Shown here: piece after piece, positions 1-9,366 of the stretch | Layout: the number at the start of each line of letters is the position of its first letter | Position numbering within the stretch: the first letter of the stretch is position 1 | NCBI GenBank assembly: GCA_903911145.1 | Contig: CAIWCD010000005.1 | Coordinates: forward strand, 1-64,000 | Length of the DNA stretch: 64,000 nucleotides | Origin: an uncultured delta proteobacterium | Lineage (GTDB): Bacteria > Myxococcota > Myxococcia > Myxococcales > 40CM-4-68-19 | Direction: 5' to 3' | The notes under the pieces: generated by a model | Seen by the model: the letters and a program-made list of their open reading frames with translations, nothing else | Told to the model about the DNA's origin: nothing | Databases searched by the model: none | Program-made: the position numbers and the translations under genes

Positions 1-339
1 CAGAGAGGCCAGTTCACGCTGCATGCGAATCCGCACCATCCTGCGAAGCCGCACGAACCGCAGCAGAGCGGCCAGATCACGCTGCATGCGAATCCGCACC
101 ATCCTGCGAAGCCGCACGAACCGCAGCAGAGCGGGCAGATCACGCTGCATGCGAATCCGCACCATCCGGCGAAGCCGCACGAACCGCAGCAGAGCGGGCA
201 GATTACGCTGCATGCGAATCCGCACCATCCTGCGAAGCCGCACGAACCGCAGCAGAGCGGCCAGATCACGCTGCATGCGAATCCGCACCATCCGGCGAAG
301 CCGCACGAACCGCAGCAGAGCGGGCAGATCACGCTGCAT
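1..339 (+). repeat. Coding tandem repeat, 63-bp unit, 5 full copies plus 1 partial (peptide QSGQITLHANPHHPAKPHEPQ)
   Basis: Near-identical units start at 1, 64, 127, 190 and 253, with a partial copy at 316-339. No spacers between units. Confidence 0.95.
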
Positions 340-3300
340 CAGCGGCCCGCGAAGCAGACGCTCGGGGGCCAGGTCTCGCTGAGTCACCCCGTGCTCGCCC
401 AGCACCCACATCACGTCGAACCCAAGCACGTGCCGACGACACACGTCGTTGTCGAGCACGCCGAGCACAAGCACAGCGAAGCGGTTCGTCGCTCGGCGCC
501 TGCGGTCTCTGCGCCGTCGCTGCGGATCACCAAGAGCGAAGAGGTTGCGGGTTGGCCTCTTGGCCCCGATTCGATCGGCCGTGGATTCCAATCGGCGGCT
601 CTGCGGTTTCATGCGACGGGCCTCGAGCCGCACCAACCAATCCTCGGGACGCAGCGGATCGCGCTTGGCCAGGGCGTCGTCCTCAGCGTGCAGCCCACGT
701 TCACATTGGAGCGCGTTGGCAACGGTCTGAATGGTTCGCTCTCGTTCGGAATCCTGTCGAGCGGCGGTCGTCTGGCGGTTGGCGCTGATGTTCGCGCGGT
801 TCAAAAGCAGGCGCGGCTCGCCATTCGCGGAGCCTCCCGTGCACTGGCTGCGCGGCTTGGGCGCTTCGGCGGATTTCTCAACAGCGCCGTGGTCGACCTG
901 CTCGGCGATGCGACCGATCAAATCTTCGCGCATGCGAAAGCACAGACTCCTGCGCCGCACACTGCTCCGCACCAGCACCGGCCGCACCACCACAAGCCGC
1001 ACCACCACAAGCCGCATCACGAACCGCATCATCCGGCGCATCACAAGCCACACCACCAGCATCACCGGCCGCATCACGAGCAGCCGCACCACGAACCTCA
1101 CCACCATCCGCACCATCGGCCTGAGCATCGCGTTCACCCGGGGCCGCACCCTCGCAAGCCGAAGCATGGCGGCGACCATGCCTGGTTCGGCATCTCGGTC
1201 GATCTTGAGGCGCTGATCAGTTCGCATGGCGCGGCCGGGCGCCTGCTCATCAACATCGACGTCCACATCCCGCGGCTCATTGATGCCCACGGGGAGATCG
1301 CGCTCGGCGCGTCGGTCGATACGGTCGCGCATGCTTGCAGCGCGGCGATCTCTGCGGCGGCCCAACTGACGGCGCTCGGGCATGGCGATCACCTCAGCGA
1401 GGAGCAGCGCGCGCGCGCACTCGAGGCAGCCCACTCGGTGCACGCGTGGATCTCGCGGCACCACTCGACGCTCAAGTCGTTGGCAGACAAATCGCCGGCG
1501 CTGCATGGCCGCATCGGTCATGTCATCGCGGCGCTCGGACAGCACCACGGGCACCTCGGCAAGGCGCGAGAGAAGCTGCGGCAGGGGCGCGCGGCGGCGA
1601 AGAGCACGCGCAAGCACCAGCCCAACCGCCATGGCGTCACCGAACATCACGTGCAGCACCTCAACGCTGCGTTCGCGCGCGGCCTCGAGTTCTCACGCTC
1701 ACACGGGCACGAAGGGCGCAGGGCCGCCGGTCGAGATATCAACGCGATCGTTGGACGCGGCGCGGAGCGGGCGGGCGTCGCGGATCGGCTCGTTCGCACT
1801 CTTGACTCGCTCGCCGTCGCGAACATGCGCGCCCTCACGGATCCGCACGGCGGCGCGCTGCGCTCGAACGCGGCGAAGATGGACGCGATGCTCGGCAAGC
1901 TGCGCGGCAAGGCTGGCCGCGAGTTGGCCGCGGGCGCCCAGGAGATCGGCTCGATCCTCGGTGATATGAACCGGCTCGCGCAGACCGCGGGCACCGCGCA
2001 TCACATCTCGGATTTCAAGAAGCTCCTGGCCGAGCGCGCCCACGAACTGCAGGGCGTCGCGGATCAGGTGGCGGGACGAGGCGGCGCGCATGCGCTCAAG
2101 GCGTTCGGCGGGCTCGCCCAGCCGTCGGCACTTGCCAGAGGAGAAAAGGCGCTCGAGCAGCTCAAGAAGATCCACCCCGAACTCGAGAGGCTCCTCAGGG
2201 GTGCATCGCACGGACAGCTCGGGGCCGATCTCGCGAATCTCTCCGCGCACGAAACGGCCAAGCTCGGTGGACTGGCCTCGATGCTCAATCCTGCGCCTGG
2301 CGCAGTTGCGAAGGGGCTCGCGGGGGTCGGGGGCTCCGCGCTGGGCAAGCTCGGGTCAGGTCATCTCGGTGGTCTCGGTTCAGGGCACGCGCGCGGCGGC
2401 GCGCTCGCGGCGTTCGGCGCTGGTGCGCTTGGACGGGTCGCGCATCATGTCGCCGGCCAGCTGAAAAACGGTGGCGCAAACGATCTTGGCAAGTTGGTTA
2501 ATGCAGCGGAATACGGCGTTGCCAAGGGGAGCCTCGGAGACGTTGCGGGGCTTCTCGGGCCGAAGGGCCGCAAGGGAGTGCCGCGCGTCAAGGCCGCTAC
2601 GGGCATGCACGTGCTCGCGATGCAGCGTGCGCTGCTGGCTGGCGGAAAAGGGGAGATCGCGGCCCAGTTGAAGAGTGGCGGCGCGCTCCACGGACTGGTC
2701 GAGAGCGCGCAGCGTTCGCACGGTACGGGCATCGGTGGCATCGCTTCGCATCTGCTCGAGAACTCGGGCAACCGCAAGCTCTCTGCGGCGATGCAACTCG
2801 TCGAGGGACTCAAGAAGCAGGGGCACAAGCCGCGTTTCTCTCTCTGGGGCTCGCTGACCAGCAGCATCTCCTCTGCGGCCTCGTCGGTGATCCGCGCCGT
2901 TTCGAGCACGGTGAGCGCGGGCTCGAGCCTCGTGCGCGCGACGATGACGACCGTTTCGTCCGGCGTCTCGAACATCGCGGGCCGCGTCAGCGCGGGCGTC
3001 TCGAGCATCGCCAGCACGGTTCAGCAGGGCATCGGCTCTGTCGCAGGCCGCATCACGCAGGGGGCGAAGTCGCTCCTCAACGCGGGCGCCGGTATGGTGC
3101 GTGGCGCGTGGGATAGTGCTTCCTCGCTCGGCCAGGCCGCGATGTCAGGAGCGTCGCGCAGCTGGGGCGCGCTCAAGAACGTCGCCTCGAATACGTTGCA
3201 CTCCGCGCGCGAATGGGCCGGACAGAAGGTCGGCTCGGCGTGGAGCGCGATCAAAAGCGGCGCGGGCGCAGCCTGGGATCAGGCGAGCCACCTCGGCAGC

Positions 3301-6300
3301 AGTGCGGTCGATTGGGCGAAGAAGAACGCCAGCAAGGCCGGCAACTGGATCGGCGAGAAGGTCACTTCCGGCCTCGAGTATGTCAACAAGACGGGCATCG
3401 TCGGCGCGCTCGGCAAGGGCCTGAAGAACGGCATCTCGTTCCTCGGGAAGGTCGCGCAGTACACGCCGATGGGCTTCCTCGCGAAGAAGGGCCTGGACTT
3501 CGTCGAGGGCGGTGGCCTCTCGAAGCTCTGGAGCGGAGCGAAGGGGCTCGCGGGCAAGGCCTGGGGCGGCATCAAAGCTGGCTACAAGGCGGCGAGCGGC
3601 TTCCTGCAATCTCCTGCCGGTCAGTTGCTCACGACCGGGCTCTCTCTGGCTGCGAGCTTCATCCCTGGCGGCATGCTGGTGAAGGGGCTCGTCGGCGGCG
3701 CGATCGGTGCGATCAGCGCGATCAGCGAGGGCAAGGACCTCAAGCAGATTCTCCTCTCGGCGGGCTCGGGCGCGCTGCAGGGCGCGCTGCCGTTCATGAA
3801 GCTTGGGCCGCTGGCGAAGGTTGGCATCGGCGCGCTGCAGGGCGCGGCCGGATCGCTGATGTCGGGTGGCAGTTTCAAGGACGCGCTCAAGGGCGCGGCG
3901 GGCGGCGCGCTCGACTCATTCGATCCGGGCGCGCTCAGTCAGCTCAAGAGCCTCAAGTCGGTTGCGAAGATCGAGAAGCTCGTCTCGGGCAAGAAGCTGA
4001 CCGACCTTGAGAAGCTGGCCGGCGCCGGAGGCAAGACGCTCGGCAGACTCGAGCAGGTGATGACCAGTCCGGGCGTGCGCAAGACGCTCGGCGGAATCGA
4101 GAGGGTTACCGGCAAGGTTGTCAACTTCGGCGTCACCGTGTCGGGCAAGGCCGCGCGCGCGCAGGAGTTGCTCGATAAGGCCGTCTCGATGGGTGACAAG
4201 GTTTCGGGCGCGCTCGAGCAGGTGCACCAGTATGCGCCTGAGGTCGCGGGGCTGCTCGGTGACAACGCCCTCGGCCACTTTGTCGGCAAGGTCGGCGACT
4301 ACGCAGGCGCGGGTCACGACAAGCTCGATCAGGCGCTGCAGTACGGTCACACCGCCTCGGACACTCTCGGCACGTACCGTGGCTATCTCGACAAGGGGCT
4401 CGGCTATCTCGGCGTGAAGGATCCCGCGAAGGCCTATGCGGCGCAGCAGAAGAAGAACGCGCGGGCCAGCGGGGCAAAGACGCGGGAGCTCGCGAAGGCG
4501 ACTGAGACCGCGCAGGCGAAAGCGAAGGGCAAGAAGGGCCGCGCGCAGCCGAGCCAGGGCAAGGGGCACAAGTCGCTCCTCGAGCAGGCGATCGCGAAGG
4601 GCAAAGACCTCCAGACGAAGGGAACCGCTCTAGCGAACAAGGTGGACCACCGGCTCGGGCAGGTGCACGACCTCGTCAACACCGGTCTCGAAGGCGCGCA
4701 GAAGGTTCAGGCTGGGCTGGAGAAGGCCTCAAAGCTCGCTGAGCAGGGCGCCCAGTATCTCGGAGAGGACAGCGAGCTTGGCCATTACCTCATGGCGATG
4801 CACGAGCGCGCCGAGCAGGTGCACGGCTATCTCGAGCAGGGCATCGACTATGGAGAGAGGTTCAACTCTGCGGTCGAGAAGGGGCAGGGGTATCTGCATA
4901 AGATCCCCGGCGTCGGAGATGAGCCGTCCAGCGAGGACGATGCGGGCGGCCATCACGGCAGGCGCCGGCGGACCCGCAAGCATCCTGGCGACGACAGCCC
5001 GATCGATCGCGCGACTCACCTGGGCGGTGGCAAGCACGGAGCAAAGGGCGCAGGCCATGCGAGCGCGACGCACGAGCACGCCGAGACCAGTCCGGCGAGC
5101 GTGAAGGGCCGCCACAAGCCGAGCGACAAGCCGAATGGGAAGGGGCACCCCGACGCGGCGAAGGCCGTGCAGAAACGCCCGGAAGAGCTCCTCGGTCACT
5201 TCGTGACGCAGGTCGATCAGCTCGAGCGCACGATCAAGTCGACGCTCCAGCGGGCCCAGGAGCGGATCAAGCAGGGCAACGCCGATGGGGCGCGCGCGCT
5301 CATCGAGGCGAACTCTGCGATCATCCACAAGCAGTACGACACGGTGAACAAGGCGGAGATGGAGTTCCATCTCGCCTGCGAGCATCTCGACCTTCCGGGG
5401 ATGCAACGGTTTGGGAAGATCGAAGGTGGGCTCTACGATCGCGCAGCAGCGGCGATGAAGAGCTACTTCGACGGCACGCAGCACATGGGTGGGCTCGCAC
5501 ACGCCGACGTGAAGAAGGGGCAGGCGGGCGCGGACGCGATGAAACTCGGCGCGGCCATCTCGAGCCTGCGTGTGAAGGTCGCTGCGGCAGGGCAGGACAA
5601 AGGCGGAGCGAACGACAACGTGACGGCAGAGGTTCACCGTCGCGATCTGATCAAGAAGCTGCTCCACGATGCGCAGGTGCTCAAAGGCCAGGTCACCAAG
5701 CTGCGCGCAAAGTACAAGGGCAACGATGCGCTCCTCGCGGTGGTCGGGGACGAGAAGTCGCTCGATGCGCTCATCGCGGCGCTCAACGGAGAGACGCGCG
5801 CGCAGGAGACTCACGAGAAGAAGACGAAAGACGCCGACGAAAAGAAGGCGAAGGAGGTCGATGAAAAGCGCGTCGGCCCGCGCGGCAAGAAGCACGACGG
5901 GAAGCAGACGCACGAGCAGTCAGGCGGAATCGGCAAGACGTTCGAGCATGGTCTCGCAGCGATCGGGCGCCTGAAGAAGAGTGCGCGCAAGACCGGCAAG
6001 GCGCTCGACCGGACGCTCGGAAAGTTCGAGAAGGGGCTCGGCAAGGGCATCGCGATCGGGAAGAAGGTCGAGGGGCGGCTGGGCGAGATCTCCGGGATCT
6101 CGGAGCAGCTTGCGGGGCTCTTCGGGCATGACTCGGCGTTCGGCGAGATGGCCGATCAGCTGCATGCGTCGGCGGACAAGGGCCACGCGAAATTGCACGA
6201 GGCGCTCTCGATCGCGGAGAAGGGGAAGAAAGGAATTCACCAGGGCCGCTCGATTCTCGAGACGGTGCTTGGCCTCGCCAAGAAGCATCACGAGAAGAAG

Positions 6301-8946
6301 GAAGAGGACGACGCGAAGAAGGCGGCGACGGAGCTTGTCAAGCACGTCGAGAAGCACGGGCCGCACGCGCACAATGGCGAGCATCTGCACCACGGGGCGC
6401 ACAGACGCGGGCATCCGCACGCGACTCATCCTGCGCAGGATGAACACGCGCATGCGCATGGTGGGCACGGTCACGCGACGCACGTGCGAGGCGCGCACGT
6501 TCCGCATCCCCACGGGCCGCACGCACACCGTCCGCATCCGCACGCACATCCCGGCGGATCGCACGCGGAGAGTCCCGCCCATGCGGGTGGCGGAGTCGCT
6601 CCGGTTTTGGGTGGAGATGATCCCGCCTCTCTGCTGCGTCGCGCGGCGAGCGCGGTGGATGGTTTCACCAAAGCGGTGACGCGAACCATTCCGCAGATTG
6701 AGAAGATGCTTCACGCGGGCCAGGCGAAGGAGGCCGCGAATCGCGTGAACGCAGTCACCGTGACCAGCGAGCAGGCGCGCTTTGAACTCGGGCGCGCGAT
6801 TGCGGCGTCGAGCAAGCATGCGGCGATTCACAAGCAGGCGCTTGCGGTGCAGAAGCACTATCTCGAGGTGCGCGGGCACTTCTTCAAGTTCGTCCAGTCG
6901 CTGCACGGACTGCAGGGACAACTCGGCGCTGACGAGATCGACGCGAAGAAATATCCGGACCTCGCGAAGCTCGGGGAGGACATCGGAGAGTTCACCGTCA
7001 AGGTGGGCGCGCTCGGCGATGCCAAGAGTGCCGACTCGAAGATGGCCCCGTTGGTGAAGCAGCTCCAGCCCCTCGGCGCGCAGCTGCACAAGCGGGTTGA
7101 GGAGCTGCTCGCCCGCTATGCGAGGGACGGCGTCGGGCAGGAGTTCGTGCGCACGCTGATGGGCAAGCTCGCGGAGGCGCTGCGGCTGCTCGGTGGGCAC
7201 GGAGACAAGAAGAACATCGCGGCGGGGAACAAGCAGCTCGGGCTACCGACCCTGAACGCGCCGGTCGAGCACAAGCCGCGCAAGAAGCGCAAGTCGCATC
7301 CGCACCACGGCCATCCCGCGCACGCGACGCACGGGGGGCCGCTCGCCGACATTCTCGATTCGCTTGGAGACAGCGGGCGCATCTTCGTCGATCGCGGGGG
7401 ACATCGCGGCGAGAGTGAGCACCACGATCAGCAGGAGATCGATCCTGCGGCGCGCGACACCTGGCTCGGCTCGGGCGAGGGGGCGAAGCTCTTCTCCGAG
7501 GTGTTTGGCGCGTTCCTTCCTCCCGAGGGCGGCTCGCTCGTCATCCACCACGCCGGTCGCGGCGGGCATGGCGGGCACGGCTCACATGGCGGGCACGCGG
7601 CGCACGATACGCACGAGTCTGATCACGACGAGCACGATGACGAGATCGACCACGACGAGCACGACGAACATCCGCACGGCGGCCACCATGGCGGTCACGA
7701 GCATCATCGCGGGCACGCGGGACGGCACGGGAAGGGGCATCGCGGAACGCATCGCGGGCCTCGTCGCGGAGGCAAGCACGGTGGGCGCGGGACGCATGGA
7801 CGCCATGGCCATCACGGTCACCATGGTCACCACGGTCACCCAGGCCACGGCGGCGGACTCTTCGGATTTCTCGGCGGCATCGTTGGCAAGGTCGGCCATG
7901 CGCTGAGCGGCAGCGGCTTCTTCAAGAATCTCTTCGAGCATCTGCACGGCTTCGCCGACAAGATCGGCTCGCTCGCGAGCAAGGGCGCGAGCCTGCTCGG
8001 CAAGGGAATGCACTACGCCGAGATGGGCGAGGGCATTCTCAACAAGGTCTCCGGCATCGCCGGCAAGGTGCAGGGTTACGCGGGGCAGGCCGAGGGCTTC
8101 CTCGACAAGATGGGCCTCAAGGGGCTCGGCTCGTTCGCAGGGAAGATCGGCGGAGCAGCGGGCTGGGTCGGCGACAAGGCGAACGCGGGACACGACCTGC
8201 TCAATCGCGCCGACAAGCTGATGGGCGAGGGCAAGAAGGCGCTCTCGACTGTCGCGGGCGGTGCGAAAAAAGCGGGCGGACTCTTTGGCGCGCTCGAGAA
8301 GGGCGACTTCACCAAGGCGCTGTCTGTCTTCAAGGCGTCGCGCTCGGGATTCGGAATCGACGGGAAGCTCACGCCGGAGAAGTTCCGCGCCGGCAGTGCG
8401 CTCGACGAGGCGCAGCGTCTCGATGGAATGACGCGCAACCGGATGGAGACGTTCCTCGGTGGCGACTTCGCCAACGTGCGCATCCACACCGGGCCTGGAG
8501 CGGCCGAAGTCACCAAGCGCTACGACGCCGAAGCCGTCACGGTGAAAGACCACGTCTTCTTCGCGCCGGGCCGTTTCAATCCCAGCTCGGTCGAGGGGCA
8601 GAAGCTGATCGCGCACGAGCTCACGCACGTGATGCAGGTCAACCGCTCGAACCTCGACGTGCGCACTGCCGAGACCGAGGCGCTCACGTCGGAGCGGACG
8701 TACGGCAACTCGCCGGCCATGACCTCGCTCAACTTGAGCCAGCCGAAGCCGGATTTCCAGATGGCGGACGGGATGGGCATGGGCGCGTCCGATGGCGTCC
8801 ACACTGCCAAGCGCACGCGAAGTCGCGGCAACGACAACGCTGCGCACGATGACCCGCCGGGGGGCGAGGAGATGCTCGAGAAGATCTCCACGCGTGTGTA
8901 CGAGATGCTGCTCGAGGAGATGGAGCACGCGTTCGAATCGCGGTAG
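1..8946 (+). CDS. Giant His/Gly/Ala-rich protein with C-terminal DUF4157 (eCIS core) domain; 5' end lies before the window
   Basis: Frame +1 has no stop from base 1 into the 391..8946 ORF (QRGQFTLHANPHHPAKPHEPQ...SLSHPVLAQHPHH), so the GTG at 391 is not the true start. C-terminal LDGMTRNRMETFLGGDFANVRIHTG...AVTVKDHVFFAPGRFNP...KLIAHELTHVMQ is the DUF4157 signature (~8401-8640). Confidence 0.85.
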   Translation, partial: QRGQFTLHANPHHPAKPHEPQQSGQITLHANPHHPAKPHEPQQSGQITLHANPHHPAKPHEPQQSGQITLHANPHHPAKPHEPQQSGQITLHANPHHPAKPHEPQQSGQITLHQRPAKQTLGGQVSLSHPVLAQHPHHVEPKHVPTTHVVVEHAEHKHSEAVRRSAPAVSAPSLRITKSEEVAGWPLGPDSIGRGFQSAALRFHATGLEPHQPILGTQRIALGQGVVLSVQPTFTLERVGNGLNGSLSFGILSSGGRLAVGADVRAVQKQARLAIRGASRALAARLGRFGGFLNSAVVDLLGDATDQIFAHAKAQTPAPHTAPHQHRPHHHKPHHHKPHHEPHHPAHHKPHHQHHRPHHEQPHHEPHHHPHHRPEHRVHPGPHPRKPKHGGDHAWFGISVDLEALISSHGAAGRLLINIDVHIPRLIDAHGEIALGASVDTVAHACSAAISAAAQLTALGHGDHLSEEQRARALEAAHSVHAWISRHHSTLKSLADKSPALHGRIGHVIAALGQHHGHLGKAREKLRQGRAAAKSTRKHQPNRHGVTEHHVQHLNAAFARGLEFSRSHGHEGRRAAGRDINAIVGRGAERAGVADRLVRTLDSLAVANMRALTDPHGGALRSNAAKMDAMLGKLRGKAGRELAAGAQEIGSILGDMNRLAQTAGTAHHISDFKKLLAERAHELQGVADQVAGRGGAHALKAFGGLAQPSALARGEKALEQLKKIHPELERLLRGASHGQLGADLANLSAHETAKLGGLASMLNPAPGAVAKGLAGVGGSALGKLGSGHLGGLGSGHARGGALAAFGAGALGRVAHHVAGQLKNGGANDLGKLVNAAEYGVAKGSLGDVAGLLGPKGRKGVPRVKAATGMHVLAMQRALLAGGKGEIAAQLKSGGALHGLVESAQRSHGTGIGGIASHLLENSGNRKLSAAMQLVEGLKKQGHKPRFSLWGSLTSSISSAASSVIRAVSSTVSAGSSLVRATMTTVSSGVSNIAGRVSAGVSSIASTVQQGIGSVAGRITQGAKSLLNAGAGMVRGAWDSASSLGQAAMSGASRSWGALKNVASNTLHSAREWAGQKVGSAWSAIKSGAGAAWDQASHLGSSAVDWAKKNASKAGNWIGEKVTSGLEYVNKTGIVGALGKGLKNGISFLGKVAQYTPMGFLAKKGLDFVEGGGLSKLWSGAKGLAGKAWGGIKAGYKAASGFLQSPAGQLLTTGLSLAASFIPGGMLVKGLVGGAIGAISAISEGKDLKQILLSAGSGALQGALPFMKLGPLAKVGIGALQGAAGSLMSGGSFKDALKGAAGGALDSFDPGALSQLKSLKSVAKIEKLVSGKKLTDLEKLAGAGGKTLGRLEQVMTSPGVRKTLGGIERVTGKVVNFGVTVSGKAARAQELLDKAVSMGDKVSGALEQVHQYAPEVAGLLGDNALGHFVGKVGDYAGAGHDKLDQALQYGHTASDTLGTYRGYLDKGLGYLGVKDPAKAYAAQQKKNARASGAKTRELAKATETAQAKAKGKKGRAQPSQGKGHKSLLEQAIAKGKDLQTKGTALANKVDHRLGQVHDLVNTGLEGAQKVQAGLEKASKLAEQGAQYLGEDSELGHYLMAMHERAEQVHGYLEQGIDYGERFNSAVEKGQGYLHKIPGVGDEPSSEDDAGGHHGRRRRTRKHPGDDSPIDRATHLGGGKHGAKGAGHASATHEHAETSPASVKGRHKPSDKPNGKGHPDAAKAVQKRPEELLGHFVTQVDQLERTIKSTLQRAQERIKQGNADGARALIEANSAIIHKQYDTVNKAEMEFHLACEHLDLPGMQRFGKIEGGLYDRAAAAMKSYFDGTQHMGGLAHADVKKGQAGADAMKLGAAISSLRVKVAAAGQDKGGANDNVTAEVHRRDLIKKLLHDAQVLKGQVTKLRAKYKGNDALLAVVGDEKSLDALIAALNGETRAQETHEKKTKDADEKKAKEVDEKRVGPRGKKHDGKQTHEQSGGIGKTFEHGLAAIGRLKKSARKTGKALDRTLGKFEKGLGKGIAIGKKVEGRLGEISGISEQLAGLFGHDSAFGEMADQLHASADKGHAKLHEALSIAEKGKKGIHQGRSILETVLGLAKKHHEKKEEDDAKKAATELVKHVEKHGPHAHNGEHLHHGAHRRGHPHATHPAQDEHAHAHGGHGHATHVRGAHVPHPHGPHAHRPHPHAHPGGSHAESPAHAGGGVAPVLGGDDPASLLRRAASAVDGFTKAVTRTIPQIEKMLHAGQAKEAANRVNAVTVTSEQARFELGRAIAASSKHAAIHKQALAVQKHYLEVRGHFFKFVQSLHGLQGQLGADEIDAKKYPDLAKLGEDIGEFTVKVGALGDAKSADSKMAPLVKQLQPLGAQLHKRVEELLARYARDGVGQEFVRTLMGKLAEALRLLGGHGDKKNIAAGNKQLGLPTLNAPVEHKPRKKRKSHPHHGHPAHATHGGPLADILDSLGDSGRIFVDRGGHRGESEHHDQQEIDPAARDTWLGSGEGAKLFSEVFGAFLPPEGGSLVIHHAGRGGHGGHGSHGGHAAHDTHESDHDEHDDEIDHDEHDEHPHGGHHGGHEHHRGHAGRHGKGHRGTHRGPRRGGKHGGRGTHGRHGHHGHHGHHGHPGHGGGLFGFLGGIVGKVGHALSGSGFFKNLFEHLHGFADKIGSLASKGASLLGKGMHYAEMGEGILNKVSGIAGKVQGYAGQAEGFLDKMGLKGLGSFAGKIGGAAGWVGDKANAGHDLLNRADKLMGEGKKALSTVAGGAKKAGGLFGALEKGDFTKALSVFKASRSGFGIDGKLTPEKFRAGSALDEAQRLDGMTRNRMETFLGGDFANVRIHTGPGAAEVTKRYDAEAVTVKDHVFFAPGRFNPSSVEGQKLIAHELTHVMQVNRSNLDVRTAETEALTSERTYGNSPAMTSLNLSQPKPDFQMADGMGMGASDGVHTAKRTRSRGNDNAAHDDPPGGEEMLEKISTRVYEMLLEEMEHAFESR

Positions 8947-8974
8947 CGCACGCGTGCATTCGTCGGCCGTTTTC

Positions 8975-9002
8975 TTGAAGTTGCGGCGCGCGCGAGTACC
9001 GT
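8975..9002 (+). promoter_or_regulatory. Putative sigma70-type promoter for a leaderless ftsB transcript
   Basis: TTGAAG (8975-8980), 16 nt, TACCGT (8997-9002), 7 nt, GTG start at 9010. No Shine-Dalgarno. Confidence 0.5.
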
Positions 9003-9009
9003 CGCGCCT

Positions 9010-9345
9010 GTGTCTCGACTGAATCTGCGTCAACGTGCTGTGGCGATCCGGCAGCGAATTCACGCCACAGGCCCGCTCGGCCTCGTCTACGTTGCCGCCG
9101 TGATCGCGCTGGCGATCGCTGTCTCCTCCGTTGCTGATTCCCGCGGCCTCTCCCGGCTGCGCCTGCTCCACGCCGACTGCGCGAGGCAGCAGGCTGCGAA
9201 CGACGCATTGCGCGAGCAAAATTCTGCGCTATTGCGTACCATCCAAACGCTTGGTGATCCGATCGACCGTGCTGCGCTAGAACGCGCTGCGCGGGAGCAA
9301 CTCGGGTACGTCAAGCAGGATGAGATCGTCTTCAAGTTCGAGTAG
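9010..9345 (+). CDS. ftsB: Septum formation initiator, FtsB/DivIC family
   Basis: Single TM helix, coiled coil, and C-terminal LERAAREQLGYVKQDEIVF motif. Confidence 0.85.
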   Translation: MSRLNLRQRAVAIRQRIHATGPLGLVYVAAVIALAIAVSSVADSRGLSRLRLLHADCARQQAANDALREQNSALLRTIQTLGDPIDRAALERAAREQLGYVKQDEIVFKFE

Positions 9346-9366
9346 GGATCGAAGCACGGAGAGCAG

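Noticed and set aside
1..339. Possible CRISPR array at the window start
   Set aside because: Units are contiguous 63-bp copies with no unique spacers, stay in frame with the giant ORF, and no cas genes are present.
23..382. 119-aa Arg-rich ORF (MRIRTILRSRT...)
   Set aside because: Alternative frame of the tandem repeat; frame +1 is continuous with the giant protein.
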